Below, piece after piece: positions 55,751-64,000 of a stretch of 64,000 nt of DNA. The notes under the pieces are model-generated. The model ran no database searches. It was not told the DNA's origin and saw nothing but the letters and a program-made list of their open reading frames with translations. The translations under genes were made by a program, and so were the position numbers. Positions within the stretch are counted from its first letter, which is position 1. Each line of letters opens with the position of its first letter. The DNA is from Octopus sinensis (Eukaryota), in the NCBI RefSeq assembly GCF_006345805.1, contig NC_043000.1, positions 112,840,001 through 112,904,000 on the forward strand. Direction: 5' to 3'.

Positions 55751-56053
55751 GTGGATATTTTTCATTGGTGACCTTTTAAAGAAAACAATAAAAAAATGAC
55801 TCTACTTTCTGGAAGATAGAAGTTGAAGTCTGGATCTGTACGCAGAAAATAATTAAAAAAAAAAATCTCTCTTAAATCAACCGCTCACACTTCATTAAAA
55901 TTAGCGAAACTTAATTAACTTTGTTTAATTATTGATTTGTCTTAATGAAACTAAACTAAATGTTTATAGTGAAGGGTTACAGGTGATCTAACGAACAGTC
56001 AATATTGTATATAACTGTTTCTTTGCCTTTGTTGTTGGTTTTTCTTCTGTTGA

Positions 56054-56220
56054 GGCGCACGCGTAGCTGTGTGGTGAAAAGCTTCGTTTCCAAAACTCAT
56101 GGCTCTGGGTTCAGTCCCACTGTGATACCTTGGCGCGTGTCTTTATCTTCAGGCTCACCAAAAGCTTGTGAGTGGATTTGGTAGACGAAAACTGAAAGAA
56201 GTGAGCTGTGTGTGTGTGCT

Positions 56221-56256
<36 letters not shown>

Positions 56257-56296
56257 GTGTGTGTGTGTGTGTGTGTATGTGTGTGTGTGTGTGTGT

Positions 56297-56351
<55 letters not shown>

Positions 56352-56580
56352 TGTATGTGTGTGTGAGTGTGTATTTGTACCTCACCACCGCTTGGCAACC
56401 GGTGTTGGTGTGTTTCGGACCCCTCCTTAACCCAGCGGCATTGGCAAAATTGACAGAATAAATATCAGGCTTAAAACAAAAACTCAAGTACTGGGGGTCG
56501 ATTTATTCGACAAAAAATACTTGGATGCCATGCCCCAGCATGGCCGCAGTCTAATGACTGATACAAGTAAGAGATAAAAG
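56054..56580 (+). mobile_element. SINE family A, full length, expanded internal (TG)n
   Basis: Head AGGCGCACGCGTAGCTGTGTGG; tail GCCCCAGCATGGCCGCAGTCTAATGACTGATACAAGTAAGAG. Confidence 0.88.
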
Positions 56581-56659
56581 ATGTCGACTCTTGAGAGAAA
56601 ATAGACAAATCAACTGGTCAAAGATGTAAAAGGACATCATTAAATACCAAGAAAGAAAG

Positions 56660-56800
56660 CTCCATAATTTCTGGCGGCAGAATCGGTAGCACGTTGGCCA
56701 ATTAGCCTAGCGGCATTTCATCTGTTTTTACGTTCCGAGTTCAAATTCCGCAGAGGTCGAATTTACCTTTCATCTTTTTGATGTCGGTTAAGAAGACCCC
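56660..56800 (+). mobile_element. SINE family B 5' part
   Basis: GGCAGAATCGGTAGCACG...GAGTTCAAATTCCGCAGAGGTCGAATTTACCTTTCATC. Confidence 0.75.
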
Positions 56801-56802
56801 AG

Positions 56803-57300
56803 TCGTATGTATGTATGCATGTATGTATGTAGTATGTATGTATGTATGTATGTATGTACGTACGTATGTATGTATGAATGTACGTACGTATGTATGCTTG
56901 CATGCATGCATGCGTGTGTATGTGTGTGTATGTATGTATGTATTCATGTATGCATGCATGTATGTGTGTATGTCTGTGTATGTATGTATGCATGCTTATA
57001 TGTGTGTGTGTGTATGTATGTATATATGTATGTATGCATGAATGTATGTGTATGTTTGTATGTATGTAGGCGTGTATGTATGTATCTATGCATGCATTTA
57101 TGTATGCATGTATGTATGTATGTATGTGTGTGTGCATGTATGCATGTATGTATGCATGTATGTATATATGTATGTATGTATGCATGCATGTATGCATGTA
57201 TGTATGTAAGTATGCATACATGCATGTATGTATATATGTATGTATGTATATATGCATGTGTGTATGTATTTATGTACGTATGTATGTATGTATGTTTGTA
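56803..57300. repeat. (TATG)n array with CATG/TACG/TGTG variants
   Basis: Direct reading. Confidence 0.95.
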
Positions 57301-57306
57301 GGTGTG

Positions 57307-57545
57307 AAGGTGCGTGGCTTAGTGGCTAGGGCATCCGGCTCACGATCGTAAAGTTGTGAGTTCAATTCCCGGCGACGTGTATTGTCCTTGAGCAAGACAC
57401 TTTATTTCACATTGCTCCACACCACTCAGTGTACTTCAAAGGGCCGGCCTTGTCAAACTCTGTGCCGCACTGTATCTCCCTGAGCACTACGTTAAGGGTG
57501 CACGTGTCTGTGGAGTGCTCAGCCACTTGCACGTCAATTTCACGT
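57307..57545 (+). mobile_element. SINE family D (tRNA head + CORE-like domain)
   Basis: A box TGGCTTAGTGG, B box GAGTTCAATTCCC; TGTCCTTGAGCAAGACACTTTATTTCAC. Confidence 0.8.
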
Positions 57546-58019
57546 ATGTATGTATGTATGTATGTATGTATATATATCAAAATGTAGCCACATGTGGATT
57601 GTTGGTGAGTTTTTTTTCTCTCCATCGTCATTTGTTGTTGAGGTGCAGAGTTCATACTTAGAGCGGCAGTGAGAATACAAGTTCAAATGTGGCCCCTATT
57701 CAGTTGCATACACATTTTTGAGCTGGTGTGATCCGTAGCCTTTCATCTCGCTGTCGATTAACGACCGTCGCAGAGGACTCACTGACCAAGTCTCAGCTGA
57801 TTATCGGTGAAGACGAAGCACTGGAGTTGAACCGGGTGGTACAGATGACCATAGCTGGGATCCTAACAAGTTCTAGTATTCCGGGGCAGAGAGGACCTAA
57901 GAACATTAATGCCTAAGAGGTAGTTAAACAGTCCTCAAAATTCTGGAACTCCTATCCCATGGTCCCAGTATCGGATGTGTGTGTGTTTGCGTGTGTGTGT
58001 CTGTGTGTGTGTGTGTGTT

Positions 58020-58055
<36 letters not shown>

Positions 58056-58060
58056 TGTGT

Positions 58061-58095
<35 letters not shown>

Positions 58096-58509
58096 CCTCT
58101 TTACAGAATTAGAAGACTACAAAATGTCAAAACGTTTCACTATTTTACTTTCTCGCTGTTATTATTACGACGAGACAGAAATTGGTGAGCTGTCAGAATC
58201 GGTAAGTCATCAGAGAAAATAACAAGAGTGATTTGTTTGAGCGCCTTACGTCATAAGTTCAAATCTGTCCAGCGCTAACATTACCGTCTTTCCTTGTCAA
58301 GCAAATATCGGCATCGATGGTGATGTCCTGCCGCACACCAATCCACTCAAGCTGTTTGTCGTGTGTCTAGAGTAGAAACGATTATTCCTGACATTGGCCG
58401 TACCCGATGCTCGCAGTTGGCTATGCTGCTATAATCAACGTAAGTACATTGTGACCAGTGGTAAATAGGCCGTTAATCTGATGGGTACAACTATATATAT
58501 ATATTATAT

Positions 58510-58576
<67 letters not shown>

Positions 58577-59021
58577 TGAGAAAATTCTCTCAGATAATGT
58601 TTACTCCAGAACGCTCACGAAGGTTTGGGGGTAAATACAGAAAAATTATCAACAAGTACATAGATCGTTTGAGTACGTCAACGTTTCAAGATTAGCCAAA
58701 TAAAATCAGCATTTCTTTGAATTCGCCTTAAATGGTCCTTTTACATACTGAACACTTGGTGAAATTGATTAATTAATTATTTTACCCTCAATTGTTGATA
58801 TTATAATTCATTTCTCTCGGTCATACTGCCTCGGTTCTCGCGGTTAAAAGAATAATGTTTTGGCTAGATAGACCACGTGGGTGGAATGGGAGTGCAGAAT
58901 TTTACGCCTGCGCATTTTGAATTTGTTGATACTGTAGTTGGAGTGGTTCATCTCTGAAGCGACAAGTTCGCTGATAGGTAAGTTCCTTCTTTTTAGTGTT
59001 TCCAAATCCAAATTAAGAAAT

Positions 59022-59083
59022 TTTGAGCTGACGAAAGAAATGCTGTTTTAATTTGCTAATCTTGAAACGTTGACGTACTCAAA
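59022..59083 (+). ncRNA. Type I hammerhead ribozyme, canonical core
   Basis: UUUGAG-CUGACGA-AAGA[loop]UCUU-GAA-ACGU UG ACGU-A-CUCAAA; 6-bp stem I, GUA cleavage triplet 59075-59077. Confidence 0.85.
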
Positions 59084-59593
59084 CGATCTATGTACTTGTG
59101 ATATTTTTCTGTATTTACCCCCCAAACCTTCGTGAGCTGTCTGGAGTAAACATTATCTGAGAGAAATTTTCTTTAAGTAGTAGAAATGCTAGGAAAATTT
59201 TTTTTGGGCTGCTATTTCTACTAAGTTCAGTATGTGGCAAAGTAATTTATTTTACTAAGCCCTAATTATATAATTATATAATGTAATATTTTGAATTCGC
59301 CTTAAATGGTCCTTTTACATACTGAACACTTGGTGAAATTGATTAATTAATTAATTTTACCCTCAATTGTTGATATTATAATTCATTTCTCTCGGTCATA
59401 CTGCCTCGGTTCTCGCGGTTAAAATATAATATTTGCTAGATAGACCACGTGGGTGGAATGGGGAGTGCAGAATTTTACGCCTGCGCATTTTGAATTTGTT
59501 GATACTGTTAGTTGGAGTGGTTCATCTGAAGCGACAAGTTCGCTGATAGGTAAAGTTCCTTCTTTTTAGTGTTTCCCAATCCAAATTAAGAAA

Positions 59594-59657
59594 TTTGAGG
59601 CTGACGAAAGAAATGCTGATTTTATTTGGCTAATCTTGAAACGTTGACGTACTCAAA
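59594..59657 (+). ncRNA. Type I hammerhead ribozyme, second tandem copy (extra G 5' of core)
   Basis: UUUGAG-G-CUGACGA-AAGA...UCUU-GAA-ACGUUGACGU-A-CUCAAA; cleavage site 59651. Confidence 0.75.
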
Positions 59658-59867
59658 CGATCTATGTACTTGTGATATTTTTCTGTATTTACCCCCCAAA
59701 CCTTCGTGAGCTGTCTGGAGTAAACATTATCTGAGAGAAATTTTCTTTAAGTAGTAGAAATGCTAGGAAAATTTTTTTTGGCTGCTATTTCTACTAAGTT
59801 CAGTATGTGGCAAAGTAATTTATTTTACAAAGCCCTAATTATATAATTATATAATGTAATATATATT

Positions 59868-59902
<35 letters not shown>

Positions 59903-60294
59903 GTATGTATATATATATATATGTATGATATATATATTATATATATATATATATATATACAGGGGTACACGCCACTTGATGAAGCACACATCAACTTCTA
60001 CACACAACACACACACATACGTTATGCACGTACATACATACGTCATTCTCACTCGACACCGTTTACTCATACATACATACACACTTACACCCCATTTTCA
60101 CATACACGCACACATTAGCGAATCTTAGTTCGTTGTGATCACCATAATTATCTCCGTTTCATTCAACCTTTATTATTATTATCTCCCTTACATTAAACCT
60201 CTTTTTCCCAGTCACTCACCATGTTGGACTGCTGAATTCTACGCAAATTTTCTCTCTCCGTTCTTTTTCATTTTATCTCTATTTTTCCCTCTTA

Positions 60295-60425
60295 ATCCTT
60301 TCTGTCGAAGAACGTATCCTCGAAACGTAAAAGACTTTTCTATTTTTCCTGACCATTAAACTACTACTACTTCTTATTGTTTCTACACCTGTCTTCGTCT
60401 TTTGTTTATCTGTAAACTTGAACTA
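60295..60425 (+). repeat. PLE-type terminal repeat with HHR-like variant motif (paralog of 31005-31135)
   Basis: CTTT-CTGTCGA-A-GAAC-GTAT-CCTC-GAAACGT-A-AAAG. Confidence 0.6.
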
Positions 60426-60514
60426 TATATATATATACAAATAATATATTAATATATGCATATATACATACATATATGTACATATCTACATATATATGTA
60501 TATATACATACATA

Positions 60515-60715
60515 TATGGGTACAGGACAACATAAAAAAACGTGACAGAATGGGAAACGAGAACATAAAAAACAAAAACGGAAAACGAACATTTTTCGAA
60601 CAACGAAATAGATCAAACAATGAAACGAGACGGGCAACATAAAGAACACTCCCTTCATCAGTTGTCCCCTGTTTTGTCTACTCCGCGTTCGATTATCATA
60701 TGATAGAGCGCCACG
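60515..60715 (-). repeat. Paralog of the 34555-34750 repeat
   Basis: See 34555-34750. Confidence 0.65.
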
Positions 60716-60729
60716 CATACTTTTCCAAG

Positions 60730-60788
<59 letters not shown>

Positions 60789-60811
60789 TATGTATAATAT
60801 ATATGTATATC

Positions 60812-60844
<33 letters not shown>

Positions 60845-60871
60845 GATATATATATATATATATATATATGT

Positions 60872-61120
60872 GGAGGCGCAATGATCTAGTGGTTAGGGCA
60901 GCGGACTCGCGGTCGTAGGATCGCGGTTTCGATTCCCAGACCGGCGTTGTGAGTGTTTATTGAGCGAAAACACCTAAAAGCTCCACGGGGCTCCCACTCT
61001 TTCTTCTGTTGGCCTGCTCGCTTAGCCAGCGGGGTGGCGTCATTCGAAGGCAAAAACAATGCGAACGCATTGTGACCAGCGATGTGTAACAACATCTGAT
61101 GGTCTGGTCAGTCACGTGAT

Positions 61121-61128
<8 letters not shown>
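60872..61128 (+). mobile_element. SINE family C
   Basis: GGAGGCGCAATGATCTAGTGGTTAGG...GGTTTCGATTCCC; ends TCACGTGATCACGTGAT within (TA)n. Confidence 0.88.
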
Positions 61129-61152
<24 letters not shown>

Positions 61153-62500
61153 TCTATATGTATCCATACACGCACATATATATGTATACGCACACAAATA
61201 AGTATATAGAGGAAATACGAACAAACATTACTTTATATTATAGTTCCTCCCTCTTTGGTCTCCCTTTTTCTCCCCCCTCCCTTGTTAAGTACTACACTTC
61301 TTGCTTTCTTACTTTCTTCTTCACTCTCTTTCCTTGTTCAGTATTTCCTCTTTTTCACTGCTACATGCTATTCCATAGTTTTTCACTCACCGTCATTCTT
61401 CATTTCCCGATCTTTCCATTTTCTCATCTACAAATGCTCGATTATAAATATACTTAACCGTTTCTCCAGCTTTCTCCCCCTGAAACTACCTCACACTTCC
61501 TCTGCTAACATTCATTCTCTCTCTCTCTCTATCATTCCCCCTCTCTCTTCGTATCTACTAGCATCTCTATCTCTTTTAAATAGCCTCAAGGAAACATACC
61601 TTACTGTAATTCACACAGCCTCGCACTATTTCCTTCCTGTCTTAGTTTTATTCTCTCTTACAACCCATAAAACTCTCCTTTTTTCCAGTCTACTCTTCCT
61701 CCCCCTCTCTCTCTCTCTTTCTTTTTCTCTCTGCTTCTGTCCTCTTCACCACGTGCCATTATTGTCCCCCTTTTTCTCCCGTAGAGAGAAGGTAAAAGAC
61801 GAGAAAGATTACAAGCTGGCCACCATGTTTTCTGTGTGACTTAAGTGTTGTGAAATTTCACCGTCTCTAATCTAATGACGGCTAATATATTTTGATGCAT
61901 TCCAGCCTGTTGTCTTTGGGCAAACCTTGATGAACAAAGACAGGTGTCACAGCAGTGTGGCATTTAGGGGAGATTCTTGGCGACAAAATTTGACGTTTAT
62001 GTCCTGACATATTACATCGACCACCAACACATCGGCAAACGGTTTCTGCGTATTCGTGCGCTTTCCTGAGTGCGTCTGTAAGTAAATACATATATAACAA
62101 CCTATTTACATAGATACATGCATACACACATAGAAATATATATACACACACACACATACACACACACACATATATATATATATATGTATATGCAGACATA
62201 AACACACACACATACGTATATATACATGCGCACTCACAAAGACGCACAGGTAGAGGTAGACATACATGCTCGTTGCAAGTGGAAGAAGAATAATAATAAA
62301 GAGGATATTGGAGACAGGAGACACGCCAAGAGCCAAAGAATGATGGGAAGAGACGAGAGGAGAAGGAGGAGGGGGTGGAGTGGGAGAGAAATATAAAGCA
62401 AGAAATACACAAATAAGAGAAAGACTTTAATTCTACATATATATATACATACACACACATACAGACACAAACACACACATATTTATGTATATATGTGTGG

Positions 62501-62531
<31 letters not shown>

Positions 62532-62613
62532 GTATGTATATGTGTGTGTGTCCATCTATCTGTTGTTTAGCGTATGCATGTGTATTCTATTAGTATTGCG
62601 TATGTATAGTTAT

Positions 62614-62664
<51 letters not shown>

Positions 62665-62709
62665 GTGGATGTATGTATGCATATATATATATATATATAT
62701 ATACACACC

Positions 62710-62742
<33 letters not shown>

Positions 62743-63319
62743 ATCACACATATACATAGACGTATATACATAAATACACACACACACAAACACACACACA
62801 CATACACACACACATATATATATAGACACACACACATACATACATACATGCACACATGCGTGCATATGAGTACGTATGTATCTGTGTGTGTGTGTGTGTG
62901 TATATATATATAGGTGCACAATGTGTGTAGTGAAAGAGGGGAAAAGAGTTGGTCGGTAACGCATTTTACAATCACTGTAGGTTAATGTGTAAAGTGATTT
63001 CGATGTAAAACGTCCTCGGCTGACTGTGAGGAATTGTTGCCAAATAAAGACAGAGAAGGTCAAATCAGAACAACTGACCGCATGACCGCAACAAAGAGGT
63101 ACAGAGAGGCGGAGGAAGAAAAAAAAAAGCTTAGGAAGGAGGAGAAGGATGAGGTAGGTGAGAGAGGAGGAGTTGGTGGAGCAACAACGAATGGTGCAAG
63201 TTGGTGATAGCGGCGGTGGGAAGGAAACAGTTTAAGATAATCCTATTGATTTGATTAATTCTTTGACCATTCCAAGAGATATTTACGTTCGGTGGAGGCA
63301 TAAAAAAGGCGGAGACATG

Positions 63320-63351
<32 letters not shown>

Positions 63352-63819
63352 GTATGTATGTATGTATGTATGTATGTATGTATGTATGTATGCGTGTATG
63401 TATGTTTGTATGTATGTATGTAGGTATGTAGGTGTGTATGTATGTTTGTATGTATGTATGTATGTATGTATGTATGGATGGATGGATGGATGGATGTAGG
63501 ATTGTGTGTATGTGTATATATATGTATATATATATATGCATGTATGCATATACATATATAAATATATTAAAATTATATATATAAATATAGTAAAATTAAA
63601 TGTGGTTTTAGAGTCAAATTTTGGGCTGCTATTTCCAGCGTGGAGGTATCTCTTAAATACCCTAAATTATAATTTAAATAAAAATTATTACATGCTGGCC
63701 ACTTGAAAAGTTCGATATTTAAATAACGATCTTATCCATATTTATATATATATATATATATGTATTTATATATATGTAAATATGTGTGTCTGTATATATA
63801 TATATATATATATATACTT

Positions 63820-63985
63820 TATATAAAAGTTTCACGTTCCTGTTCGTCGAGCGGGAACGTGAAACTCCGAGTAGCAGCTTTTGTTAAAGTTCTGCTGCTT
63901 TTGAATAAAGCATATTACTCTATCTCTGGTATTTAAGTACTTTTTTTCCACCTTGTTTCACATTTATGTGTTTACTCTGGTATAT
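63820..63985 (-). repeat. Paralog of the 31685-31840 repeat ending in a palindromic HHR-like module
   Basis: 13-bp perfect inverted repeat AGTTTCACGTTCC / GGAACGTGAAACT at 63829-63866. Confidence 0.7.
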
Positions 63986-64000
63986 ATATGTATGTATATA

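Larger units (their letters stand above)
58575..59862 (+). mobile_element. Candidate retrozyme/PLE-LTR array: inverted partial unit (58575-58718) + two 574-bp tandem units (58718-59291, 59292-59862)
   Basis: Units near-identical; inverted segment is the revcomp of 59035-59175; one HHR per unit; no ORF. Confidence 0.85.

Noticed and set aside
61800-63300. Unique islands with SOX/E-box/Pbx-Hox-like motifs (61800-62100, 62930-63300; also 40200-40600)
   Set aside because: Short motifs are expected by chance; cannot be called regulatory without conservation data

Overview
Eukaryotic, AT-rich, repeat-saturated non-coding DNA, most likely from an octopus/cephalopod genome. That assignment is an inference from the extreme TA/CA/AAT/CTAT/TATG microsatellite density and tRNA-derived SINE families resembling those described in Octopus; no database search was run. 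No host protein-coding exon, rRNA, genuine tRNA gene or CRISPR array could be supported, and almost all ORFs in the supplied track are microsatellite translations. Contents: many tRNA-headed SINEs (at least five families, labelled A-E here), a decayed 5'-truncated CR1-type LINE (23335-25440) plus a sister-family 3' stub, R4/Dong-type LINE remnants next to (AAT)n, two non-autonomous Helitrons, a pogo/Tigger-like MITE, decayed Penelope-like (PLE) GIY-YIG/RT sequence and a 100-N scaffold gap. The most interesting signal is a set of at least six unrelated small repeat families carrying type I hammerhead ribozyme (HHR) motifs. These include a 574-bp tandem unit with a canonical HHR in each copy (candidate retrozyme/circRNA generator, 58575-59862), a canonical-core HHR with a long stem II (49406-49496, minus), and a tRNA-headed SINE whose tail is a minimal HHR (51230-52055). 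Boundaries were read by eye and may be off by a few bases; family names come from motif recognition only.
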